NCBI RefSeq assembly: GCF_009914755.1
Contig: NC_060946.1
DNA: 64,000 nucleotides
From: the human T2T-CHM13v2.0 reference genome, Homo sapiens
Reading direction: 5' to 3' (one strand)
Positions 17,496 to 30,482 of the stretch are shown here, piece after piece. The notes under the pieces were generated by a model. The model was not told the origin of the DNA, did no database searches, and saw only the letters and a program-made list of their open reading frames with translations. The position numbers and the translations under genes were made by a program. How positions within the stretch are numbered: the first letter of the stretch is position 1; the number at the start of each line of letters is the position of its first letter.

Positions 17496-18054
17496 GAATA
17501 AATTAAAACATGTTTGTTGTATTGTGTTGTAAAACATAATTCTTATTGTGGGTTGTGATGGTCAGTTTCAGAGTTTATGAAGTCACTGCCTTAGAGGATA
17601 TAAAAATAATTAAAACTCATTCCCATTCCCAAAGAACTCGAAATAACAGATTTTCTATACCTGCTAGTCAGTATATATTTCTGCGTATAGCTCAGAATGT
17701 TGTGCTCTGGATGGTGGTTCTAAGTCCTTCTTTGGGGAAATGGTTCTATGAAGTAAATTGCTAGTGATAGTGATTGTTACTGTTATTATTTTGCCAGTGG
17801 TTATTTTTAAATCACAAGATCCTTTAAGGGTATCTATGTGTTTTATCCTGAGATAGAGGTGTTAATGTAAAAGATCATTAATGTACAGTTCAAGAAAAGC
17901 ACAAAAAAAATAAATCATTAATGAAATACTTACAGCTTTTGCAAAGACTTGGAGCTATATCCCAGAGTCGGGGGAAAAAATCTCTTAATGAACTTGGAAT
18001 TTGCCACAGTTTTGCAGCTTTTAGATTGGGATTATGAATTAAAGACTCCTTGTC

Positions 18055-18389
18055 TGTTTTTTTTGTTCGTTTTGTTTTGTTTTTTTCCCCTTTTTTTGAG
18101 ACAGGGTCTCACTCTGTTGCCCAGGCTGGAGTGCAATGGTGTGATGATGGCTCACTGCAGCCTCAACTTCCCTAGGTTCAGGTGATCCTCCCACCTCAGC
18201 CTCTCAAGTAGCTGGGACTATAGGCATGGACCACCACAACTTAATTTTTGCATTTTTGTGGAGATGGGGTTGCCCATGGGGTTGACCAGATGTTGCCCAG
18301 GCTGGTCTTGAACTCCTGGGCTCAAGCAATCTGCCTGCATCAGCCTCCCAAAGTGCTGGGATTACAGGTGTGAGGCACCGCGTCTGGCC
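18055..18389 (-). mobile_element. AluJ
   Basis: Reverse dimer with AluJ diagnostics. Confidence 0.88.
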
Positions 18390-19089
18390 TAGTATTCTTG
18401 ATGGTCAATATTCCTTGCAATTTGTAGACAGATGGCACCCCAATTCAGATAGTTTTTTCCTGTTTGGAAGCCTGCTACATTGCTTCTAAAACTTTTCCAA
18501 AATGGGATGGATTTAGTTTTTATTTCTTCTTGCACCTCATATTCTCTCAACCTCATCTTTTTATAGCTCTCCTTCAGGAAATGTATAATACCTAGCTTGA
18601 GCTCAAGAAAAGCAGTTTAAATGGGAAGTAGTTTAACAGAATTGTCTTCCATCCAAGTAATTGCTGTTTCCTATTCTGTAGCTCCTCTCCCAGGGAGAAC
18701 AAAGCTTTATACTCTGAACACTAAAGTGAAATCTGTTTTGTGCTTTTGTTGTTGTGGTTTCTTCCAGCCCTGCTAGCACTTATTTTACAACCTGTACCAC
18801 TATATATTAGAGGTTCTGCTTAATATTTTTTAAAATAACATGCTGCCCTAGGACTGTGTATGTTTTCAAGGAAGAAAGTTATTTTAGATTTACTGAATTT
18901 ATGTTAGCTTCGTTTCTACCTCTGTTTTGCTTTTTTAAGGAAGATAAAGCCAGATTCATTAGGGCAAATATAGCCAGATTATACCAGCTTGGGTGGCTGT
19001 TCTTGCAAATAATCAGCACTTAGTAGTATGGTGTTTCCTGAGATTCCTGGCTGGCAGTTATGATTCCATGACCTGTTAACCTGCCATCA

Positions 19090-19370
19090 TCTAAAAGGCT
19101 CTGGAAACCAGAATGTTTTTCATACCCTATTTGGTGTCTTGGCTGGACCTGATCTGAGCTGACATGAGGCTATTTGTTGCTTTATTTATCCCACCTGGTA
19201 TGAATGATCTATACCTTTCACGAAAGAAATATTAATATTTGTTTAAGGAGATCTTGTTAAGCATGTGAGCCTAATATTATATTCGCTGTCTTACCTTAAC
19301 GAAAGTTTGGAAAACTCTCAAGTTCTAAAATTTGGACCAAAGGGTTTTGGATGAGGAATTATAGTTCTGT
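19090..19370 (+). mobile_element. MER46C-like TcMar-Tigger MITE
   Basis: ACCTGATCTGAGCTGACATGAGGCTATTT...TTTATTTATCCCAC and end AAGGGTTTTGGATGAGGAATT resemble the MER46C consensus. Confidence 0.7.
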
Positions 19371-19713
19371 ATTGCTACTCGTGGTGATCTTGTTATTGAT
19401 TTTATTTCTTATTAAGTGTACTGTCAGTCTGAGTGTGGAAGTAGGCAAGTAGCCAGTGTAGGACAAGAGCATGGCTTCTGGGGCCAGACAGGCCTGCCAT
19501 AATAACCTGTTTTAATTTTGTCCTTTGTAAAATGAGCTCAGTGATACTGTTCTCAGAGATGATTGTAAGGGTTAGATGAGATAACATAACTCTTGATCAG
19601 AATTAATTTCTTTCCTCTTTATAATCTTAACCTGACAGGGATCTTTCTAAACTAAAACTATATAATATATGTTACTTTATTATTTATACAATTCTTACCT
19701 TTAAAAATACACA

Positions 19714-20001
19714 GGCTGGGCGCAGTGGCTCACGCCTGTAATCCCAGCACTTTGGGAGGCCGAGGCGGGCAGATCACATGAGGCCAGGAGTTCGAGACCA
19801 GCCTGGCCCATGTGGTAAAACCCCATCTCTACTGAAAGTGCAAAAATTAGCCAGTCATGGTGGCATGCACCTGTAATCCCAGCTATTTGGGTGGCTGAGG
19901 CACAAGAATCACTTGAACCTGGGAGGCGGAAGTTTCAGTGAGCTGAGATCACACCACTGCACTCCGGCCTATGTGACAGAGTGGAATCCTGTCTCAAAAA
20001 A
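19714..20001 (+). mobile_element. Alu (AluS-like)
   Basis: Dimer ending about 110 nt upstream of an exon. Confidence 0.9.
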
Positions 20002-20113
20002 TATATATATATTTACATATATGTAACATATGTATATTTCTTTGTTTTTATTCCACCTGTTTTGCAAAATGGTATTCATTTCTTCCTTTCTGCTGTTTAT
20101 CTTTGGCCTCTAG

Positions 20114-20210
20114 GGGAGCATGTAACTTCAAGGTTTAAAAACGAGGTGGAGAGGATGGGTTTTGATATGAACAACGCCTGGAGGATTTCCAACATCAATG
20201 AGAAGTACAA
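20114..20210 (+). CDS. MTMR3: MTMR3 exon (EHVTSRFKNEVERMGFDMNNAWRISNINEKY), start of the myotubularin phosphatase domain
   Basis: CTCTAG acceptor, GTGAGT donor; 97 nt, phase 1-2; WRIS-x-IN myotubularin motif. Confidence 0.96.
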
Positions 20211-20644
20211 GTGAGTTATATGGGTCCCTGTGGACTGTTTCACAGCCAGTGCCTTTGCAGAAACCGCAATTCTCATGTGGCAGAACATTTGAACTTAGAC
20301 TTTTTATTTGAAATGGTTTTATTTATTAAATCTAAAGGCATGATCTTCAGAGTATTTATTGAATCTTCTGTTCCCGTTGCTATCATTGGAGTGGAAAGTG
20401 ATCCTTACTTAACAGGATCCTAGAACCTTCCCTTTTACCCCCTCTAGGCCTCTGTTTTTTCTGGTACATGCATGTCTAAATAATATTGTATTTGCCTGTA
20501 GGCAGGCAGTTACCATTTTTCTCATCACCACTTGGCATCACATTAGAGAGAGGATCAGTGGTCTCATAAGCAGTGACAGAACATTTATGAACTAGTTTTT
20601 ATGACTGTAATTTTACTCCAGGTGGTGTGAAATAGACATAAGTA

Positions 20645-20999
20645 CAGTTGAGTATCCCTTATCTGAAATTCTTGGGACTGTAAATATTTCAGATTTTGGA
20701 TTTTTTTCAGGTTTTGGAATATTTGCATGAACATAATGAGATTATCTTGGGCCTGGGACCCAAGTCTAAACACAAAATTATTTGTCTCATATACACATTA
20801 TACAGCTGGAAGGTAATTTTGTACAATATTTTAAATAATTTCATGCATGATGTTTTTTACGAAAAGTTTTGACTGTGACTTGACTGTGACCCATCACATG
20901 AGGTCAAGTGTAGAATTTTCCACTTGTGGCATTATGTCAGCACTCAAAGTTTTGGATTTTGGAGCATTTCAGATTTTTGGATTAAAGATGCTCAGTCTG
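20645..20999 (+). mobile_element. Tigger4b/MER46B-like DNA transposon
   Basis: Terminal inverted repeats CAGTTGAGTATCCC...GATGCTCAGTCTG flanked by TA; internal GGGACCCAAGTCTAAACAC and CACATGAGGTCA. Confidence 0.85.
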
Positions 21000-21086
21000 T
21001 ATTATTCTGTCCTTTAATATATTGATCTAAAACCAACTTCACTGCTATGATCATTTAACCATTAAATATTAATGTAACCTTTATTT

Positions 21087-21387
<301 letters not shown>

Positions 21388-21532
21388 TTAGCCATTACCC
21401 AGTTCCTTAAAATGTGTAAGTGCGTTGGTGGGGGAGGACAGTTAACTACTATGATTTTGGTGATCCAAATTTCTATAAAACAAAATTGTCCATGATAGTT
21501 AAATATCTTAAATCTTTAACTATATCCTTCTT

Positions 21533-21857
<325 letters not shown>

Positions 21858-22362
21858 CTACGTTTCCCTGCATCATTAATCATTCTGCGGTCCTCTTAGC
21901 TGTCTCAAATTATGACGGGCATTTTCCTGGTCTGTTTGTGGCTAGCCGTCAGAGTTTTCACTGGAAAAGCTATAGCTAATTGCTATACACAGTTCTTAAT
22001 GTGGACCTTCTCCAGGGAGTTGAGAACCCAGGGTGTTTTGAAGAGTTGGAGCTGCAGACTTTTTATACTTTTGCCTGTTCTCAGTGATGAGTCAAAGCAA
22101 AGAAGGAGGGTGAATGCTGGATGAGGGGGCGGCCTCAGAGAGCCTGTGGCTGCATTAGGCTTTCCTGAGTGTAACCTATACTGGAAATTGTTTATCCACA
22201 AGTGAGTAGGTAGTGCATACTGAAGAGCTGACTACTGGGAGTGTAGTACCTATAGGACAATGAACAGAATGTTTAGAAAATTAGATCAAGTAAAAAAAAA
22301 CTGTGAATTAAGACAGACTTGTTGGAAAATAATCCCCAATTCGGCTTTTAAAAATTAACTTC

Positions 22363-22922
<560 letters not shown>

Positions 22923-24232
22923 TCAGAACCAGTCTTTAGGATGTTATCACCACCATAAAACAAAATGGGGGGTGGTGGGAAACAACAGGATGTTGAAAGT
23001 TCTTCCTACTACAAAGGTAGAAGAGTGAGAGCCAAGTTTACTCTTGAGTTTAATACATAATAAAGGGAATGAGATTCATGGTTAGATATTAACCATCATT
23101 ACTGGCTCCCAGCTTATTTTTAGGAGTTTGTGAATAGGTGTTAGGAAGTTTGTATAGCTACTCTTAGTCATAGCCATTCTCTTTTGTTCAGTGGCTTTTA
23201 AATTCCTGAAAATTCCAGAAGTCTCCTCTTCTGGAAATTGAGGAGAGATTTAGTGCAAAATGATCAAAACCCCCAAATCCTAAGCCATTTTGTGTTTTTC
23301 TGCGCTTTCTGCTATGTATAGGATAGGCTAGGGCAGGGGGTTGGTGGTGTTGGTGGAGTTTGTGTGTTTTAGGATTTGGATTAAAGGCCTTATTGCCTTC
23401 ACTATTGAAAAAAGAAGATTGGATTATCCAGAGAGAGACATTGTCCTGTAAGTAAAAATCTATCGGAAGTATTGCTTCCTAGGATACCGGCTTGACTGTA
23501 GCTGGGATCTTCCCTAATTAAAAGAAAGCTTATCCCCCCGCCCCCAGTATAATTTGTTCTGAAGTATGTTTTATGGAAATTATGGTTAATAGCTTAGTCA
23601 CATTACTAACCTGGTTCAATGGGACTGAGGCTGTGTATGCAGATAGACTGGCTTGTGTTGGTTTTGCATACCCATGGCTGCACCTGTTACCTATAAGGAT
23701 GACACCCTGTTTGGTTCAAATCAAAGAATGAGTTAATCCTGTGAAGTCTCTGGAAACTTGCAATTGTGGGCTTTTTTCCTTCCCTGAGGGTCTGGTAGAA
23801 CTGACACGGACTCTCAGTTCTGTAATTGGACTGGGCGCTCATGTAGTTAGAAATAACCTATGTACTTGTTACAGCAGAAGAGTTGTAATGGAGTATAAAG
23901 AGCTGACCCTCGACTCCCCTTTTTTTCATTGATAGTTAAGATTGCCAGATTCCCAAAAGGTAGCATCAAGTGGAACAATTCAAGATAGTATCATTTGTTG
24001 TATACACATAAGTAAACATTTAAGGCAACAAAACAAAACAAAACACACTTATGGTAACCCATTCTGTTGAGGAGTCCAAAACTCGAATAAAGCGCCTCAT
24101 TGCCTTTAACTGGTTCTGTGGCAGTGAGATCATCATCCTTATGCTGGCTCACCTAGTGTCTCTCTCTCTCTCCCGTTTTCTCTCTCCCTCTCTTATCCCC
24201 TTGACTCTCCCCACTTCTCATCTTCTCTTTAG

Positions 24233-24346
24233 ATTATGTGGTAGCTATCCTCAAGAGCTCATAGTGCCTGCCTGGATCACTGACAAAGAACTGGAAAGTG
24301 TATCAAGTTTCAGGTCCTGGAAGCGCATCCCTGCCGTCATCTACAG
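24233..24346 (+). CDS. MTMR3: MTMR3 exon (LCGSYPQELIVPAWITDKELESVSSFRSWKRIPAVIY)
   Basis: Long pyrimidine tract plus TTTAG, GTAAGT donor; 114 nt, phase 2-2. Confidence 0.96.
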
Positions 24347-24879
24347 GTAAGTTAAACTGGACCAGTCCCAGCTTGGGCTGGTGCTGCTGCCTGCTGCATA
24401 TGGTCTGCTGCCTCTGCTGCTGCTAACCTGGGAAGGGTGGGGAGAGTTCAGAGAACTTTCTAGGCAAGGCTGTACTTCCTTATTGTTAAAGCTTCTCCTC
24501 CAGTAACACATCAGTACTGACTGCATTCAGAACACTAGCTGGTTGTTCATTTGAAACAGATAAGAAAGTTTTAGTTGTAAAGTGGCTGGACTTGCTATTT
24601 CAATATCCTTCTTACATTCTGTGAGAAGATAATGTGCTTACTAAGCATTTAGCTTCAGCTGTTAGCAGGGCTTTTGGATTGAGAGATGAGTCTTAGAAAG
24701 TGATCTTTGGGAATATAGGGTCGAGTTGGCTCTGATTGTCTTTGTGGTTGAAACTTTGACATGTGGAAGAACTCTGTTTCGAGAGGAAGCATTTAGAGAA
24801 GAAGACTGAGGCATGACTAGATAGAAGATTTCAGTGATCAGAGGCATGAGAGCCATGGGATGCAAGTTCTAGATGGGGA

Positions 24880-25075
24880 TGGTGGCATGGTGATGGAGCA
24901 CAGATTTTGGAATCACAGATCTGAATTCAGGTATATTCTTAGACTTCTTGCTAAGGCACCTTGAATAAGTTCCCTAACTGACCTCAGTCTGTTCCTAATG
25001 AATACAATGGGAATGGTAGTTCTTATTTTGTAGATATGTTCTGATTCTAAATGAGGGGCTATAAACACTGAGCTT
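24880..25075 (+). mobile_element. MIR fragment
   Basis: GAGCACAGATTTTGGAATCACAGATCTGAATTC...CCTCAGTCTGTTCC resembles the MIR core. Confidence 0.6.
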
Positions 25076-26763
25076 CTGTACCAGCATTTGGAATAGGTTA
25101 AATCTCTTGAGTGCTGCTTTTGTAATTCATTGAATATCTTAGTTCTCACAGAATCCTATTAAATTTTAAAGAAGTCCTTCCTTCTTATTCTGGAAATGTT
25201 TTGGATGTCATCTCTTTGTAATGTTTACATTCTCCATTTCATTTTCCCAGTTTGCCGGCTTTTTGGACTCTCCCTGAGTTGGGCCAATCCAGTGGCTTAC
25301 AGTTAGAAACTTCATTCCACTGAAATATTGAGATTGTAGGAAGGGATTTGTCTCCTTGTGGAATTCCTACAGAGGTAACCAGCTTGTTCATTTAGTCTAC
25401 TAAAGGCAAACTCTGATGCCCACTCTGAATGGAGAGAGATGGAAAAGTATTTGCTCTGGCCCAGTGGAACTCATTACGTTTTTAATCTCAATTCTCATCA
25501 CTGTTGTTTTCAGACACCCCTAGAAAAGTCAGTCACCAAATTTACCTGTCATTCAAGTGGTAAGGATGCTACAGGAACTAGAGAGTAGTGAAAGCTGAAG
25601 GGATTTATGAGTCTTATCAATGATCAGCTCAGCTGGAATGGGGAAAGCAGCCAGTTGCTGCTCTGGCCAACAACTGTGTTAGGTCAGCAGCCCTGGCATC
25701 TGTGGGGCTTGCTGACTTTGACCAAAAGGGGGAAGGTACTCTTATTTGCAAAATAAGAGGCTTTAGGTGAATTCTCCCTTTGGGAAGAGAAGCTTAAGAG
25801 GGCTGGTTGAAGAAAAACTTCCTTTTTTTCTAAATTTTATTCTAGAGGGCATGCACCTTCTAAAATTAATTCTAGAGGGCATGCACCCTAGGTTTTCCCC
25901 CCCTTTTTCTAGAGATACAAGAGGATATATAAATGAAAAATTTTATTTGCAGTTTTTCAGAGAAAGTCTTTCAAAAGATCACAAAGTTCTTGGTGTAGTC
26001 ATCCATGCAAAATCAGGCAGGTTTCCTGGAACTGGGCTCTGTCTCAGAACATGTGTCTTGTATCGCTGAGATGCAGACTGGGTTGCTGTAGTATTTGGGA
26101 GCTTTGTAAGGGGCGTGTGGAAGAATCGGATCCTCCACCATGCTCTGCTTTGCCAGCCTAGGTGGCAGGATGCCTGGAACTCTTGACATCCATTTCCTGA
26201 ATTTAGTTGTCTGTAGATTGGGTCATGATTCCTGAGGTTGCCAGCAGCAGTTACTTGACAGCACCATGCTGAACCAGCGCTTGATTAGGGCTTTGTCCTA
26301 CTGTGATGAGAGAGCACTTAATTGGATTTATAACTGAAGGTAGAGATTGCTCTAACATAGCAAGATGATGTAAAGGGCACCCATCTGTAGTGCAGTTCAC
26401 AGCTTTTTCCTTTGTGCATGTGGTGATTATTCTAAACTCCTAGTTACTTAAGGGAGCTTGCCTAAATCTAAGTTGAGGTTACTTAAGACAATTCTGTTCC
26501 TATATAAAATTGAAGCATTCTGTGTTTTAGTAGGGAGGGCTTTATCTGTTGGACATCATAATTTTTATACTTTGCCTGGTTCTGTTAGTGATAGAAATGC
26601 ATTCCTTTAGTGATTTTTAACTGTAGTGTTTGAATTATCTTTCATGTAGTCTGAAGCATTTTAGAAGACTGCAGAAAACATAATTGTTTATTGCAATAGT
26701 CCAGTTGAAATCTAATAGCTACTATAATGCAGTGTCCCCTAAAACCCAAGATCCAGGCTGAAG

Positions 26764-26779
26764 AGCGCCATCTACTGCT
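26764..26779 (-). promoter_or_regulatory. Candidate CTCF-binding motif
   Basis: Minus strand reads AGCAGTAGATGGCGCT, one mismatch to core CCASYAGRKGGCRS; motif only. Confidence 0.45.
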
Positions 26780-27109
26780 CCTCTTGGGCACTGCTGGGAA
26801 GCATTGAAGAAGAGGAGGATGTTCAGGAAAGGCCCAACCAGCCTCTTGTGCAGGGTTTGGAGTCATTCAGCTCAGTGGTTGCCTGTTATTTGCTAGGAGA
26901 CATTTTATAAAGAATCATTGAGGTTTTATTTCTATTTTGGCCCCATTCAGCACGTGAGCCAGTTGAGCATGTTGGCAATACACAAGTACTTACAGCTACT
27001 TGTCTCCCAGGGAGGGAGGCTTTAAAAACTACAAGCAAACTGGTGATTTCAGTGGAATTTGATTAGTGCCAAATTTAACTTATTTGTGAGTTTTAGGAGT
27101 AAAAACAAA

Positions 27110-27495
27110 TTACAGTACATTTTCATCGTCCCAAAAAACCCATTCACAGGGCACCCAGCCACCCTAGCCCTGAATAATTAAGATGTCCAATGGATGAAGC
27201 CCCTGCTAGTAAAACATAGAGTGCTTCAGTTTTATATAGAAACATACTCGTTTTAAGTAACCCCAACTTAGAATTAGGCAAGCTCCCTTAAGTAACTACG
27301 AGTTTATAATAGTCACTACATGCAGAAATCTACTTCCATCTTTATAGATTCGCCTATTCTGGATACTTCATGTTAATTGTCGTACAATAAGTTGCCTTTT
27401 GTGACTGACTTCTTTCACTTGTCATAACATATTTGAGGTTCATCAGTGTCCTAGCCTGTATCAGAACTTTATTCCTCTTTACTGCCAAGTAATAG
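27110..27495 (-). mobile_element. Old L1M 3'-end fragment interrupted by a 153-bp insertion (27176-27328)
   Basis: CATTTTCATCGTCCCAAAAAA...AGCCCTG, then AATCTACT...GCCTATTCTGGA...CTTCTTTCACTT, matching the antisense L1M 3' UTR as I recall it. Confidence 0.75.
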
Positions 27496-27862
27496 AATTT
27501 TTCTAACTTTTTATCAGTTAAAATTGCCTAACTAGGAAAAGTCTGGGTTTTAATAGCACCTTAAAGTAGACTGTGATTTCTGGTCTGTCTTATTGGAAAA
27601 GGATATGTCAGAGTATGGTTTTCTGAGGTTGATGCTCTTCTTCTCTTTCTTAAGAGCCCTAGGAAGGGTAGCTGGCTCATTGAGCTATCTGCCTATTATA
27701 AGAGCAGTCTGTGACTCATGAAATCTCAGGAGATTTTGTAAAGCAGTTCACTGTGGGCCAGGTAAATGTTTTATTCCCAGAGGCGGGCTCTTGGTTCAGC
27801 ATTAAGAAGGTAGCAGATTTCACTATTGGGTAGCAGAATTAGTGTAGTACCTATAGATTTAA

Positions 27863-28213
<351 letters not shown>

Positions 28214-28401
28214 CTGTTAGTCATTTTTTTGGGTAACTTTACAGGGATCTCCGTGATGTTATGGTAATTGAGAAAGACACACAGGTTTTGTTGTTTGTTC
28301 TTGTTGGTTGTGTAAGATTTCTACCCTCTTTAATACTGAGAGGACTTGAAGCTGACCCAACACTTACCTAGAATTAGACTGTTCATTAAGGCACTTAAAA
28401 T

Positions 28402-28466
28402 CTATTTTGTGTGAGTACAGAGAGCATCTGAATGGGTACAGTTGTTGTCTCTTGTTCCTCACACAG
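28402..28466 (+). ncRNA. MIR6818: MIR6818 hairpin, 5'-tailed mirtron ending at the 3' splice site
   Basis: 5p arm TTGTGTGAGTACAGAGAGCATC (28407-28428) pairs with 3p arm TTGTCTCTTGTTCCTCACACAG (28445-28466), which ends on the intron AG; sequence recognised from memory as hsa-mir-6818. Confidence 0.85.
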
Positions 28467-28672
28467 GCACCAGAGCAATGGAGCTGTCATTGCCCGCTGT
28501 GGACAGCCAGAGGTTAGCTGGTGGGGCTGGCGAAATGCAGATGATGAGCATCTGGTACAGTCAGTAGCCAAAGCTTGTGCCTCTGACTCCCGATCGAGTG
28601 GCAGCAAGCTGTCAACTAGGAACACTTCTCGAGACTTTCCCAATGGGGGAGACCTTTCTGACGTGGAGTTCG
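28467..28672 (+). CDS. MTMR3: MTMR3 exon (HQSNGAVIARCGQPEVSWWGWRNADDEHL...DVEF)
   Basis: CACAG acceptor, GTAAGG donor; 206 nt, phase 2-1. Confidence 0.96.
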
Positions 28673-29253
28673 GTAAGGTGCTCCCTGGACCCATGGCAAT
28701 GATTTTTATAGCATCTAAGAACCTTTTCTTGAAATGGCCTCTTCCTTACAAGACATAGATTTACTTTTATAGAAGTGAATGTGCAGAGCTTCACTTGATG
28801 GGATTGATTGAGGAGTCATGGGTCTTGGCAGAGAATCAGAAGACCCTTTGTTTCAAACCTGAATCAAGATATTAGTGTGTTTGTTGTCTTTCTTGCCATT
28901 GTGACAAAAATGGAGTGTTTATGTAATAGAGGACTTGCAGTATCTGCAGACCATGGCAGGAAATGCCAGGCTTCATGAAAGGACAACAGATACAGAAATG
29001 AAGTATAAGAGACTGGGCTGTGTGAACCCCATGTGTACTCTGGGAGTCAGTTTTGGAGAATAAATCCTTCTCATCTTTCATAAGAAGGCCACATAGAAAA
29101 AAAGAGAAAAATCCTATGTATCAAGGGTTTTGGTTAGGGGATTTCATTTTATTGAGCCTTTTTTGTGCCATAAGATGTGCTTGTGGGTCTAATTCTGCAC
29201 AGTTCTGGGAGAGACAGGCTCATTTAGTATGCCCTCTCCCTCTGTGTCCCTAG

Positions 29254-29385
29254 ATTCTTCTCTGTCAAATGCTTCAGGAGCAGAGAGTTTAGCCATCCAA
29301 CCGCAGAAGCTTTTGATCTTGGATGCACGCTCCTATGCAGCTGCTGTGGCAAACCGAGCCAAAGGAGGAGGCTGCGAATGCCCAG
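29254..29385 (+). CDS. MTMR3: MTMR3 exon (SSLSNAS...LILDARSYAAAVANRAKGGGCECP)
   Basis: CCCTAG acceptor, GTGAGG donor; 132 nt, phase 1-1; DAR...ANRAKGGG myotubularin motif. Confidence 0.96.
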
Positions 29386-30370
29386 GTGAGGTGTATGGTG
29401 CTTTGTTCCCCATACTTTCTCCTTGTGAGTGTAGCCCTTGCCCAACTGAGACTTAGTTCCCAATTTGAAATAAGTGGCAAGCCATATTCCTCATCCATCC
29501 TGTCGTGAGAGTGCCAGAGCTTCTCTTTGGATTCTTAACACTGTATGTTCTTTTCTGAGGAGAAATGGAGGAGGAGGTGCAGTGAAGTCACATAATCTTC
29601 CTTCCTTGTGCCAACTTGTAGGTGATAAGGAAAGCAGATCTTCCCCATAATAAGACCTGTTCATGTTTGGAAGCTGCTGCTTTAGTGGGCTCAATTTCTC
29701 AGCCGTCTAAAAGCTTTTTGTTGCCTTTGACAGAGGGTATGCTCACCACTGGCCTTGTAGCAAACTCCTCAAGGGCCTCTCCTTAGAAAACCTGGGGTGA
29801 AAATTGAAGCAGTAAATACAGAACCCTAGTAAGGTATCTCTGTCCTGAGCTGTAACACCATTACTGTTGGAATGCTAGCTTTCCCCAAGGAGGGACCCCG
29901 CTCAGTGCCTCTGGCACAGGCAGAGGCACCAGGCTCTTTGTTCAGATGTGGTCTAAGCTGGAAATTGAAAGCAGCTGTACCAAGGTGAAATTTGAATGTG
30001 TGAACGCATTGTTCTGCGGAGTTCTTTTCAAAGAGATTTCAAAGCCACAAGTTAGATAAGGCCCAAGAAGTAAAGCCAGAGTGAGATCGAAGTAGGCCTT
30101 TCTTTTAAAAAATAATAGCTTTTATTTTATGTCAGTATCTTCTTTACAAATCTAACCTTCCCTTTTCACGCTTTTTGAAAAGATAGCTAAAATTCAGTGT
30201 GTTCCTCTTATTATAAAGGATTGGGCTAATAGTTAAGCATTTCAAAACATTTCAGTTTCGTTAATCAGAAGCTGCAGTGGGTTTGTTTTATAGCCAGTTT
30301 GCTTTTAAATTTGGCCATGTGGGCTTTAAGTTCAACGTATTTGTGTTCTCTTTATTGTTACTCTCTCCAG

Positions 30371-30482
30371 AGTATTACCCAAACTGTGAAGTTGTGTTTA
30401 TGGGGATGGCAAACATTCATTCTATTCGGAGGAGTTTTCAGTCTCTGCGGTTGCTGTGCACTCAGATGCCAGATCCGGGAAA
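30371..30482 (+). CDS. MTMR3: MTMR3 exon (YYPNCEVVFMGMANIHSIRRSFQSLRLLCTQMPDPG)
   Basis: CTCCAG acceptor, GTAAGT donor; 112 nt, phase 1-2. Confidence 0.96.

Noticed and set aside
26298-26343. C/D-box-like pattern GTGATGA...CTGA with a CTAC/GTAG terminal stem
   Set aside because: Only about 45 nt, too short for a C/D snoRNA; no C'/D' boxes or guide identified
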